Shown here: in pieces, positions 37,860 through 49,753 of the stretch
Layout of the letters: every line of letters begins with the position of its first letter
Position numbering within the stretch: the stretch's first letter is position 1
Source: Octopus vulgaris
Taxonomy: Eukaryota
Assembly (NCBI GenBank): GCA_951406725.2
Contig: OX597821.1
Location: forward strand, 99,262,001-99,326,000
Reading direction: 5' to 3'
DNA length: 64,000 nucleotides
The notes under the pieces: generated by a model
The model's input: only the letters and a program-made list of their open reading frames with translations
What the model was told of the DNA's origin: nothing
The model's database searches: none
Program-made: the position numbers and the translations under genes

Positions 37860-39031
37860 GTAAGTTTAGTTGTTTTTAATTTTCTCATTTCTGTGTCAGC
37901 TATTTGCTCAGTTACTTAGTATTACAACCTTTAAAATGTTACAAGGTGTGTAGCTTGGCAATCGAGGTGTCTCCAGGTTAAGCCACTACTTCTCCACATT
38001 GAGATGTTACAGCTCCAGTACTATGGACTTATGACTAGAATGTTGCAGGAAAAACTCAAGACAGATGCTTCTAGACAAGCAACCAGCAAGAGACCTAAGG
38101 GTAGATCAAGAATCCAGTATTATGACAAATGCCTCTGCTAGGACGTTACTTTAACCCTTTTGATACCAACCCGCCTTAAGCCACCTCTGGCTCTATGGTA
38201 CAAATGTCTTGTTTTCAAAAGTTCTGAATTAAAATCTTCCACCAAGCCTTAGACACAATTTATGTTCCTAACACTAGCTTAATGATAACTAAGTTATTTT
38301 ACTAAATTCTTTGTTCTATTTAAAATTAATTGAAAGAAACACAGAGCATCTCAATGTAAATATGGTAATGAAAAGGTTAAAATAGGAATTCTGTAGCATA
38401 GAATCAGAGTCAATCTGAGGTAGGTTTTCTATGAGAAGAGTTAAATACACTTTGTTTTATTCAGGTAGAAAATGTAACTCTGGTACTTTTAAAATTAATT
38501 TGGGTTTTTACATTAACACATTTGTATAGCAAATCATTTCTTCTTGCATCAACTGACTTAACCATTTTAATAATTCTAGTTTCACTTTGGCTATATATAG
38601 CATATTTATTTGTTGATGCATATTTGTAATCAATTGTGTAACTAAAGTACCTATATCAGCTCATTTTGTCTACTTATATATATATATATATATATGCCAG
38701 CATGGAAAGCGGACGTTAAACGATGATATATATATATAAACGTCGGCCTTTTCAAGCCTAGCCAGGCTCATGGGCTCGGTTTCCCGGTTTCTGTGGCGTA
38801 TGTGTTCCCCAAGCTGGACGGGACGCCAGTCCATCACAGCGTTACTCAAGACACAGGAAGAGAGAGTGAGAGAAAGTTGTGGCGAAATAGTACAACAGGG
38901 TACTCCTTTGATTCCTATATTTTATGAATTGTAGAAGTATAACAAGTTTATTGCAGATAAATTTTATCAGCAAAATCTTCTATGGAACCCCATCAGGGCC
39001 ATATGGACTCTGGTTGAGAACCATTGATCTG

Positions 39032-39240
39032 ATAATAATAATAATAATAATGAAATTATTGTATACAGTGCTCAGGTGCACCACAACTTGTCAGAAAGTG
39101 CATATAAAGTACATGCAGTAATGTAGAAATGTCTGGAAAGTGAACAGTGTATGAGTCAGATACATGCTTGTGTGTGTATGGAGGGGAGAAAATCAAGTGT
39201 AGTGTTGGCGAATCTCAGGAAGCATGGAAGTTTTGAAGGA
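39032..39240 (-). mobile_element. 3' fragment of a LINE related to the 27.7-kb element
   Basis: Encodes SFKTSMLPEIRQHYT* (compare SFKALMLSEIRRNYT*); shares the tail gtgcacctgagcactgta and (ATT)n. Confidence 0.75.
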
Positions 39241-40005
39241 GTAATGATGGCTAATTCATAGCCTATGTTCAGTTTTAAAATGATTTGCACTACAGATACC
39301 ACCTACTTTAACATCTGTATCTTCTCATTTCTATCTTCATTCTGTGTGTTCTTTAACCATTTAGCATTCAGATTACTCTGTCACATCTAATGCTTATTTA
39401 TTCACATTGTTTTGAATTAATTATGGTTTATGTTGTAGCTTCAAGATTTCGATGAGGTGATTGTTTGTTTTTAGAATGACATAGTAGGGTACTTGCGAGA
39501 GGCCAAATCTGGCTGATTTAAACATGAAACAATTATATATATAGTGTGTGTGTGTATGTTATATATATATATGTGTGTGTGTATGTATGTATGTATGTCA
39601 TCATCATCATCAACATCATCGTTTAACATCCGCTTTCCATGTGGTTGGCATTAGGAAGGGCATCCAGCTGGGTTCGATGGTTTGACCAGGGTCTGGGAAG
39701 CCAGGATACTGCACAAGGCTCCAGTCTGATCTGGCAGTGTTTCTACAGCTGGATGCCCTTCCTAATGCCAACCACTTTGTGAGTGTAGTGGGTGCTTTTT
39801 ATGTGCTACCGGCACAGTGGCCAGAGGAGGCTGGCAACGGCCACGATCGGTTGGTGCTTTTTACGTGCCACTGGCACGGGTATCACAACTACAATTTCCA
39901 TTTGATTTTTATTTTGATGTTAATGTACTTGACTCAGTAGGTCTCCTCAAGTACAGCAGGTCACCCTACGATCCAAGGTAAGCACAGCAGGCCATCCTGT
40001 AAGGC

Positions 40006-40255
40006 ATGAACTCACTTCATTTGTTGGGTCTTCGTAGCCACAGCATATCTCTTGATGTCTTGGTCTTTTGTCATTGCCTCTGTGAGGCCCAACATTTGAA
40101 GGTCATGCTTGACCACCTCATTCCATGTCTTTCTGGGTCTACCTCTACCCCAGATTCCTTCAACTGTTTGGGAGTGGCACTTCTTCACACATCTCTCCTC
40201 ATCCATGACCATACCAATGCAAATGTCTCTCCTGCATGCCACATCTGATGCTTCT
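40006..40255 (-). mobile_element. RTE-clade LINE ORF C-terminal remnant (also 49910-50200 +, 58080-58290 -, 63600-63955 +)
   Basis: CVKKC...VEG..GRGRPRKTW.EVV..DL motif, preceded by RLHW.GHV..M in the 49910 and 63600 copies. Confidence 0.8.
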
Positions 40256-40571
40256 TATGTATATGTATTATTTAATACACACTAAAGGTGGTGAGTTGGA
40301 GAATTGTGAGCTCAGTGGTATTTCTTCTGGTTTTCTTTATGTTCTGAGTTCAAACTCTGCCGAGGTCGACTTTGCCTTTCATCCTTTCAAAAGTTGATTA
40401 ATTAAGTACCAGTTGAACACTGGGGTCAGTGTAATTGACTAGCCCCACCATCCCCACAAAAATTTCAGGCTTTGCACTTATATTAGAAAGTATTACATTA
40501 TACACACACATAAATACACACGTTACTTTGTTATTTTTAATTTTTTTTTCTTTTTGCATCATTTCTTTCAG

Positions 40572-40690
40572 GTTGGTGACCGTTGTTCAAAATGTGACAT
40601 CAAGTTTGCACAGTACTTCTGCGGCAAGTGTCGACTTTATGATAGCAATGACCTAAAACAATTTCACTGTGATGGTTGCGGACTCTGTCG
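40572..40690 (+). CDS. RCHY1: RCHY1 exon 3 (VGDRCSKCDIKFAQYFCGKCRLYDSNDLKQFHCDGCGLC-R)
   Basis: tttcag acceptor, CG|gtgaga donor, 119 nt, phase 0 to 2. Confidence 0.95.
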
Positions 40691-40725
40691 GTGAGAAGAA
40701 ATGTTTTTTTAGAATGTCCTGAAAT

Positions 40726-41180
40726 CATTATTTACATTTGACAGATATTTGTCCTCATCTTGTTTGTTGTTAACACGTTTCGGCTGATATACCCTCCAGC
40801 CTTCATCAGGTGTCTTGGAGGAAATTTCGAACCTGGGTTCTCATTCCTAAGGTATTTTTCGATGTTGTTGTTGCTGTTGCTATTGTTGTTGTTGTTCAGG
40901 TTACGGGCATATGGTGTAGTGGTTAAGAGTGCTGGCTACTAACCCCAAGATTCCAAGTTTGATTCCAGGCAGTGACCTGAATAATAATAACAATAACAAC
41001 AACAACAACAACAACAAAAATACCTTAGGAATGAGAATCCAGGTTCGAAATTTCCCCAAGACATCTGATGAAGGCTGGAGGGTATATCAGCCAAAATGTG
41101 TTAACAAATAAGATGAGGAAAAATATCCGTCAAATGTAAAAAATGTACATAATTCGTCATCTCTTAAATTTAGAACTGTC
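40726..41180. mobile_element. fold-back element with central tRNA-like head and hammerhead-like motif in each arm
   Basis: Arms ~40726-40904 and ~40972-41147 are inverted. A box tggtgtagtgg at 40912, B-box-like gtttgattcc at 40957. CTGATGA-A-GGCTG...CAGCC-(G/A)AAA at 41065 (+) and 40809 (-). Confidence 0.75.
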
Positions 41181-41767
41181 ATAAAATCATTTCTCTTTGT
41201 CTTTCTTACCCAATTATCTAAGTTAAGTTAAATCATTTAGTTGAAATTGACTTTTGGTGGTCCTGTATATGAAACCTCATCGTTGAAATTTTCCTAGAAT
41301 TGTTTTGTACAATTCTATATTGCTATGCCAATTAGTGTACAGTCTTCTATCTTTACTAAGTCTTTTCCACTACTTTGGAATGTATCTTTTATCTTTGACT
41401 TACTTCAGTCATTAGATTGTGGCCATTTTGAATCAACCCTAATTCTTCATTTTATTTGCTAACCCTGGTACTTATTCTATTGGTCCCTTATGCCGAATCA
41501 CTAAGTTATGAGGACGTAAACACCAACACCGGCTGTCAATCAGTGGTGGGGAACAGGCACAAAAACACACACACACACACAGATATATGTATGACAAGCT
41601 TCCTCTAGTTTCCATCTACCAAATCCACTCACAAAGCTTTGGTTGGCCCAAGGCTATAATAGACATTTGCCCAAGGTACCACACAATGAGATTGAACCTG
41701 GAACCATGTGGTTATGAAGCAAGCATCTTACTACACAGCTGTGCATGCACCTATAGTGAAGTGTTTG

Positions 41768-41815
41768 CTCTGCTGATGAGGTTATAATAATTATTTAACC
41801 AAAACATATTTGGAG
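41768..41815 (+). ncRNA. decayed minimal hammerhead motif
   Basis: CTCTG CTGATGA GGTTA..TAACC AAAA CATA TT TGGAG; deviations from a canonical motif are CpG-type transitions. Confidence 0.5.
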
Positions 41816-42930
41816 TTGTCTCCTACACCTACTAAAAAACTGATAATAATATTAGCCATTGACATCAGGAAGGTGAAGATCTTTTTCATTCTTATAATCT
41901 ACAATATACAATATGCAAAAGTAATATTCAATCTACCATTCACTTGAAAAGCAAATCACCATATAATCAATAGAAGTAATAGATTCTTGAACATTTGCTG
42001 CTTTCTTCTTACTCTGGCTGCTAAGTTTTCAACCTGTCTCATCAATTACTTTCATAAGTTGCTTCACAGTTTTTCGGTTTTCAGAAAATTTGTCTTGAAG
42101 TTAGCTACGGCAATAGCAAAATTATTCTGGGGGATACATTCTACTCTCACATTATCGGAAAACTCTTTCAAGTTCACTGGATGGTTTGGTATATGATCTA
42201 ACAGGAACAATACTTTGTAGGAATATATCTTTCTACAGCAGTGCAAATGAACAGTCTATAAACTAATTAAGGATGATGATACACAAGTGGGAGCATACAC
42301 ATACACACACTCTCTCTCTCTCTCTCTCTCGGTCACCTCACTAGTAATAGTGCCATGAAAAAAATCACCCAATACCTTCTTTAAAGTAATTGATGTTAGG
42401 AAAGGCATCCAGCTATAGAAACCATACCAAAGCAGATATTGGACCTCAGCACAGTCTTCTGGCTTGTCAGTTCCTGTTGAACCATGCAGACCCCATGCCT
42501 GAATATTGATGGATCGTAGGGTGACCTGCTGTGCTTGAGGAGACCTATTGAGTCAAGTACATCAACATCAAAATAAATATCAAATGGAAATTGTAGTTGT
42601 GATACCTGTGCTGGTGGCATGTAAAAAGCACCATCCGAACGTGGCTGATGTCAGTGCCGCCTTGACTGGCTTCCGTGCCAGTGGCACATGCACATAAAAA
42701 GCACCAACCGATCGTGGCTGTTGCCAGCTTCCACTGGCACCTGTGCTGGTGGCACGTAAAAAGCACCCACTACACTTGCAGAGTGGTTGGCGTTAGGAAG
42801 GGCATCCAGCTGTAGAAACACTGTCAGATCAGACTGGAGCCTGGTACAGCCTCCTGGCTTCCTGGACCGCGGCCGAACCATCCAACCTGTGCTAGCATGG
42901 AAAACGCACGTTAAACGATGATGATGATAT

Positions 42931-42970
<40 letters not shown>

Positions 42971-43393
42971 ATTATGTTTTTAGGTGTAGACATACTTGTG
43001 TTGTTAAGAAGTTTGTTTCCTCGCCACATAATTTCAGGTTCAATCTCACTTCGTGGCATTCTGGGCAGGTGTCTTTGTCTATAACACTGGGTTAACCAAG
43101 GTGAGTATATTTAGTAGAAATGGGAACTGAAACAAGCCTGTTTGTGTGTGCATGCATGTGAGTGTGTGTGTTGTGTTCTTCACCTGAAGTGATAGGTGGG
43201 GGTGTTACCACCATATACACAATGTCATTTCTTGTCAACTATGTAAACATGCCTTGACAATAAAAAATATTATCCTGTTTGGAAACAGGTGAGGATTGGA
43301 GACAGTTAGGTTATATGGTTGTAGAAAATCTGTAACTTCCTACAGTTGTACAAAAATATATACATACATACATACATATACACATATATATAT

Positions 43394-43657
43394 TAGAAGG
43401 TTTGGAGATGATGTACAGGTATTATATATTAGAAAAAATGAGGTGCTCAGAAATCTGGATGGTTTTATATTTAAAGATATTTATTAATATGTCACATGTT
43501 TTTATAAATCATATATTAGCGCTTGTGTCCACTCTAGTGGAGTCATCAGATTGGACACAAGCGCTAATATATGATTTATAAAAAACATGTGACATTTTAA
43601 TAAATATCTTTAAATATAAAACCATCCAGATTTCTGAGTATCTCATTTCTTCTAATA
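43394..43657. mobile_element. miniature fold-back relative of the adjacent Penelope terminal repeat
   Basis: Near-perfect palindrome centred ~43540; shares the terminus gaaggtttggagatgatgtacaggtattatatattagaaaaa with 43683-43725. Confidence 0.75.
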
Positions 43658-44234
43658 CATATATATATATATATATATATCGGAAGGTTTGGAGATGATG
43701 TACAGGTATTATATATTAGAAAAATTGAGGTAATCAGATCAGATGGTTCATATTTGTAGATATTTATTTATATATTACATTTTTTACATATATATCATAT
43801 CATATCATTCGGATTTCGGATTAGCGCTTGCTCCCATTCTAGTGGGCTTTTCAAATCAAATCAGTTGTGGGAAGTTTGAACATTTTATAGTTTTGTAGTA
43901 GTGGGTGAGGAGGAAGTGAGACAGAGAAAAAATGTGTGTATGTGTATGTGTGTGTGTGTATATGTGTGTGTGCTGTGTGTGTGTGTGTGTGTGTGTGTGC
44001 GCGTTTATATCTGAGAGTGAAGAAGTGTTATTTCCGTTGGTCTACTGGACCGCCTGTGGTTTTATAAGAACTTTGGCTGTCCATTTCGATGTCACTGAGT
44101 GTGTGTTGTGCATAGGTTGGCCTGGCAAATGTCATTTGGGGTCACACTTTCTATGATCATTCTGTGGAGGTGTGTGTGTCTGTGTGTCCATGTGTGTTTT
44201 TGTGTGCATGCGTGTGTGTGTGTGTGTGTGTGTA

Positions 44235-45237
44235 TTCCACAACATCCTCAATACGCTGCACCCATCTATCAATTTCACAATAGATACCAGCCACAACGAA
44301 TTTCCCTTCCTAGACATCAACATCAAAATACAGAACTCCATCGTCACAACAGACATCCACTACAAAAAAACTGACACACATCAATACTTAAATTTCCACT
44401 CCTGCCACCCATCCCACACAAAAAGAAACATCCCATATAGTATGGCACGACGAATATGTAGCATAGTAACTGATTCACAAATACGATTAATAAGACTAGA
44501 TGAACTCAAAAGCTTCCTCCTAGAGCAAAAATACCCCCTTAAACTAATAGAAAATGGAATCACAAGAGCATTAAAACTAGACATCACACAACTCAGGACA
44601 CCCAAAACAAAAAACAAAGAAAACACTATCCCTTTTATAAACACACACAACCCTGGAGTTACCAACATCTTCCAAACCATACATTCAAACCTACCAATAG
44701 CCTTACAGAGCCCCAAAATGAAAAACATATTAAACAAATATAGCATAAAAAACAGTAGACGACAGGACAAAAACCTAAAAAAACACCTAACAAGAGCGAA
44801 ATTCTCTTCAGAAACTAAAACGGAATTCTTTGCAAAAGAGTGCGGAGATGGTAGATGTGGGACCTGCAGCAACCCCACCTACAAATACATAGAGAGCAAC
44901 AGAGAGATAAGATTTAAAAATGGTGTCATATTCAAAGTAAATGCAGATATGAACTGCAAGACGCAGAACGTCATATACTGCATAACCTGCCCCACGTGCA
45001 AGGAGAATTACGTAGGTGAAACTGGTAATTCTTTGTGCCAGCGAGCCAGGATCCACCGACAACATATTCGGCAGGAAGAACTACGCAAAATACCACTAAG
45101 CACACACCTAGCTACATGTGGAGAAGGAAAATTTAAGATATTTCCCTTCTACAAGTGTCCGAAGAACGACACCCCCCTTCAGGAGGAATATGGAAAAACG
45201 TTTCATAGCTAAGTTCTCTCCCAAATTAAATGGCTGA
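44235..45237 (+). pseudogene. PLE ORF: RT C-terminus, Cys-rich linker and GIY-YIG endonuclease; one frameshift near the end
   Basis: HPSINFT, FPFLD, YKKTDTHQYL.FHSCHP, CGDGRCGTC, NVIYCITCPTCKENYVGET. A frameshift in the C-run at ~45172-45177 restores FRRNMEKRFIAKFSPKLNG*. Confidence 0.9.
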
Positions 45238-45706
45238 AACTTTACTCAACATACATTGAAGGACAAATCTCTGTGTGTGTAGATGTGTGTATTGCCTGTT
45301 ATATACATCATATTATATTATTATCTTTATAATTCACTTCCATCTTTACCTTTTAATTGTCACTTTAATTTTAACTTTCCTATGATATACAATTTTCAAG
45401 ATGGTATAATTTGGTTGTTAATATTTTATGTATAAGTCTGTGTGTGTGTATATATATGTGTTGGTATAAATATCAACACACAAAAATATTTTTTCTTCTC
45501 CACTTCCTCCCTTATTTTTATTTTTATTTTTATTTTAATTTTTTTATTTTTTATTTTTTATATTTTTATTTATTCTTTATATTTTTTATTTTTTTATTTT
45601 TTTATATTTTATATTTTATTTTTTATTTTTATATTTCTATATTTTTTAATTTTTATTATTATTTTTTTAATTTTCCCTTTTCTCTTTTTGTCTCTCTCCC
45701 CTTCTC

Positions 45707-45752
<46 letters not shown>

Positions 45753-45949
45753 CACACAGAGACACACACACACACACACACACCTCCACAGAATGATCAT
45801 AGAAAGTGTGACCCCAAATGACATTTGCCAGGCCAACCTATGCACAACACACACTCAGTGACATCGAAATGGACAGCCAAAGTTCTTATAAAACCACAGG
45901 CGGTCCAGTAGACCAATGGAAATAACACTTCTTCACTCTCAGATATAAA

Positions 45950-46001
<52 letters not shown>

Positions 46002-46079
46002 TACACACATTTTTTCTCTGTCTCACTTCCTCCTCACCCACTACTACAAAACTATAAAATGTTCAAACTTCCCACAACT

Positions 46080-46130
46080 GATTTGATTTGAAAAGCCCAC
46101 TAGAATGGGAGCAAGCGCTAATCCGAAATC
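46080..46130 (+). ncRNA. variant hammerhead-like motif (U3-A8 core) in the pLTR; mirrored at ~43811-43861 on the minus strand
   Basis: GATTTGAT TTGAAAA G CCCAC TAGA ATGGG A GCAA GCGC TA ATC CG AAATC. Confidence 0.5.
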
Positions 46131-46218
46131 CGAATGATATGATATGATATATATGTAAAAAATGTAATATATAAATAAATATCTACAAATATGAACCATC
46201 TGATCTGATTACCTCAAT

Positions 46219-46265
<47 letters not shown>

Positions 46266-46268
<3 letters not shown>

Positions 46269-46470
46269 GTAGTAACTCGGTTTTCTAACAACTCTGATCT
46301 CAAGTAAATTGTGCATTATATATACAGATAGATATATATAAAGCACGATTTAATCATGATCAGAGGCATTCATAAACTGAGTTACTACTGTATTAAATGA
46401 ATATGAGAAAGACAGAAGATAAAGTATGATTTATTTGTGATCAGAGTTGTTAAAAAACTGAGGTTCTACT
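46266..46470. mobile_element. Tc1/pogo-like MITE
   Basis: TIRs agtagtaactcggttttctaacaactctgatc / gatcagagttgttaaaaaactgaggttctact. Confidence 0.6.
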
Positions 46471-46541
46471 GTGTATATATATGCTCATGCACGCGTGCAC
46501 ACACACATATTTAATTTATTTTCCTATTTTTTTTGTTACAG

Positions 46542-46620
46542 GGTTGGTGGACGAGAAAACTATTTTCATTGTGAAAAATGTGATGTGTGCCTTTTGTTGA
46601 CTATGAAAGACTCGCATGAG
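46542..46620 (+). CDS. RCHY1: RCHY1 exon 4 (R-VGGRENYFHCEKCDVCLLLTMKDSHE)
   Basis: ttacag acceptor, GAG|gtgaat donor, 79 nt, phase 2 to 0. Confidence 0.95.
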
Positions 46621-46769
46621 GTGAATAATCTTTTGTTAAAAATTAATTTTCTCTCTGTAATTTTCTCTGCAATTTTTACTTGATAGTTTTTCTTAAAATT
46701 ACTTGCTTTTCTAACATTTAAGTCTATTGATTTCTCTGTACTAAAAAAAAGATTTAATCATTTTTTGTT

Positions 46770-48277
46770 ATAAATAGAGGCACTCAGCATTACCTGGGAA
46801 TTAAATTTTTCCTTATATATTGGAAGAAAAATGCAAAATACGTTGTATAGAAATTTGTTATTCTAAATTCAATTTATTCTTCAATTGGGATACAATTTAT
46901 TCTTTCCCTGGAGCAACCAACTTAAAGGTGACCAGTAGATTTCAAAGACTGACCTGGAGCTTTATTAATAGACATTGAAAAGCAAAGTCTCACCTGGAAT
47001 TGTGTTCATTTGAACTCAAATGGCATGTCTATTGGTTTGATTGGAATTCTTGGAATGAAAGCCTCTTCCCTAGAGGCACATCCATTGATGATGTCAGCTT
47101 ATGTTACATTAGGTTGTAATGTCTTCACAATCAACCTTGTCCCATCGCATAATTTAGGAGGATCTGAATTTCTTAGACGCATTATTGGGACTCCTACCTT
47201 CAGAAAAAGTTTATGTGGAGGAATTCCAGGTGGCTCAAGAGAATTAAGGAACTCTGTTGGATAATGGACAGCTTGATTTTCATGAAGGACTGAATCAACT
47301 GATTTGTACTTCTTAATGACTGTTGGAATCTTATTCATTAATTCATAGTTAATCCTTGCTACTGTCTCGTTTTTTTGGACCAAGAATTGTCCTTTCACAC
47401 CACCATTTATGTGAATTATAATTATTACTTAAGTCTGGAAAAATCCTGTTCTTCAATTCAGCAGGGGAATTCACCATGGTAGCAATATGAGCCAAACTGA
47501 TATCACCATTCCCATCAAATGGTATTTTTCCATTTCCTAGTTGGAGGAGCCAGGTTGAAAACTGTTTTGCACATTGGTCCTCATGTAATAAAGGTCGCAC
47601 ATTAGTATTGAATAAGGATTTCAGTACTTTATTCCATAGGTGTGAAGACCTAATGCATGCTTTTATTTCCTCAGATCTTGTTTGTCTCGGAATGACTGGT
47701 AATGTCTGTCTGAAGTCTCCTGGTAAAACTAATGTAACTTCTATAGATTTATTGTTGCATCTGGTGTCCTGTAAGGTCTTACCAAGAGCTTCCATTGCAC
47801 CTCTATGTGACATGGTGCATTCATCCCAAATGATAAGGTGACATTGACACAACACTTCTGGCGAACCTGGATCTTTGCTTATGTTACAAATTGGACTGTC
47901 ATTTGTGACCAGGTTTAGTAGTAATTTAAAAGCAGAATGAGCTGTTCGTCCTCCTAGGGAGAATGGTGGCAGCAAAGCCAGACAATGGTATAGCAACTGC
48001 AATTCTTTTTTGTTACATTACCTTGGAGTGAAGTAATGTTACAAATGTTTTACTTGTGCCACCAGAAGCATCAAGAAAGAAAATTCCTCTGCCTTTTTCT
48101 GGCAATTGTGGAATGCTGCCTGCAGGCATGCATACACAGACACACACACACACACACACAGGGTATCAAACATCAGATGAAAAAGACGTGTGTGTGTGAT
48201 AGAGAGAAAGCGAGTGAAGGGGTGTGTTGTCATTTATATGTACATAAATAAATTGATATATATCTTTCTTGTATGAA

Positions 48278-48325
<48 letters not shown>

Positions 48326-48962
48326 TGCCACTTATCACTCTCTCTCTCTCTCACACACACATAGAAAAAAGATGTATGCATATGTATTTATGTATGTACG
48401 TATACATGACACCACACCCCTTCACTCACACACACGCACACATTAATGTATACAAATGTTCATAGAAAAACACACGTGCGTGTGTGACTGACTACAAATA
48501 CATAGAGCTGAACGTGATGTGCAAAAAAAACATAGGTACAAGTTTTCACGGAAATTAATGAAATGTGCGAGTTCAGAACAAAATCAAACCTGGAGAGAGA
48601 GAGAGAACATTGCAAATAATGAATGAGATAAACATGGAATGAAAAAAATCGTATAAATAAAAGCATGTTAAAAACTATCTTGTACCAAATATTTAAGTTT
48701 GTAAACTTCGTGAATGTTTCTTACAGCAATTTATCGTAGTTGTTTACAAATCGCAAACATTAAAGTAGAGAGTGAGAGACTTTGCTGTTTTTACGTCAAT
48801 ACTGGAAGTTGACATTGAGAAACCTTTGTAAAGATGTGAATCATAAATATAAAGACCCTATTATATGTCTGAGGTCAAATCATTCATGCATCACAAGTAT
48901 AGAAGTGAAGCCATTTTCACGCAAAAAGTGAATACACACACATGTCTATTTCATATATTAGA
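46770..48962 (-). mobile_element. internally deleted Helitron with a Pif1-family helicase remnant (~46960-48060)
   Basis: GGRTAHSAFKL, IIWDECTM, GDFRQTLPV and LKVGVPIMRLRN..PPKLCDGTRL motifs. Putative 5' end A|TCTAATATAT at 48962; decayed 3' hairpin cccaggtaatgctgag near 46783-46798. Confidence 0.8.
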
Positions 48963-49162
48963 TAATTTATGCTTCCTTCTCTCTTTCTGTACATCATTGT
49001 CATAAAAGAACTTCGCTTACATATAGCTTATTGTTAACTTCTTCAAATTGCAGAATAGAATGATGAGGACAAAATAAAAATTGAAGTGAAATAAAGTTTC
49101 TATTTCTTTATGTGAATAAAATCTTAAATAGTTCATCTTTTTTTTCTTTTTTCTTTTTTTAG

Positions 49163-49266
49163 TGTCTAGAAAAAATATCTCACAATGAATGCCCAGTTTG
49201 TCTTCAGAATCTGCATACTTCCAGAAAACCTTCAAGGATCCCTAAGTGTCGGCATATGATTCATGA
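49163..49266 (+). CDS. RCHY1: RCHY1 exon 5 (CLEKISHNECPVCLQNLHTSRKPSRIPKCRHMIH-E), RING-H2 N-half
   Basis: Long T tract and ag acceptor, GA|gtaagt donor, 104 nt, phase 0 to 2; not in the ORF track. Confidence 0.95.
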
Positions 49267-49704
49267 GTAAGTTGGAGAAAACTTTTCCTTCTGACATTTC
49301 TGACAAAAAACAAAACAAAACAGGTATGGCTGTGAGGTTAAGAAGCTTGCTTTCTAATCACATGGTTTTTGGTTAAGTCCCACTGAAGAGCATCTTGGGC
49401 AAGTATCTTTTACTACAGCCCTGGGTCAACCAAAACCTTGTCAGTGGATCTGGTAAACAGAAACTGAAAAAGCTCATTATATTTATATATATTCTTTTAT
49501 TTGTTTCAGTCATTTGACTGTGGCCATGCTGGAACATTGCCTGCAGTCAAATAAATCAACCCCCAGAACTTATTCTTTGTAAGCCTAGTCCTTATTCTCT
49601 TTTGTTGAACCACTAAGTTACAGGGACATAAACACACCAACATTGGTTGTAAAGCAATAGTGGGGAGACAAACACAGACACTCAAATACATACATATATA
49701 TGTG

Positions 49705-49753
<49 letters not shown>

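Larger units (their letters stand above)
43681..46230 (+). mobile_element. young 5'-truncated Penelope-like element with inverted pseudo-LTRs (~43711-44232 and ~45711-46230)
   Basis: ~520-bp near-identical inverted repeats flank an RT-thumb/GIY-YIG ORF; inserted in (TA)n. Confidence 0.9.

Noticed and set aside
44235-45237. Possible selenocysteine recoding as reported for some PLEs
   Set aside because: There is no in-frame UGA in the retained ORF and no SECIS could be identified by eye.
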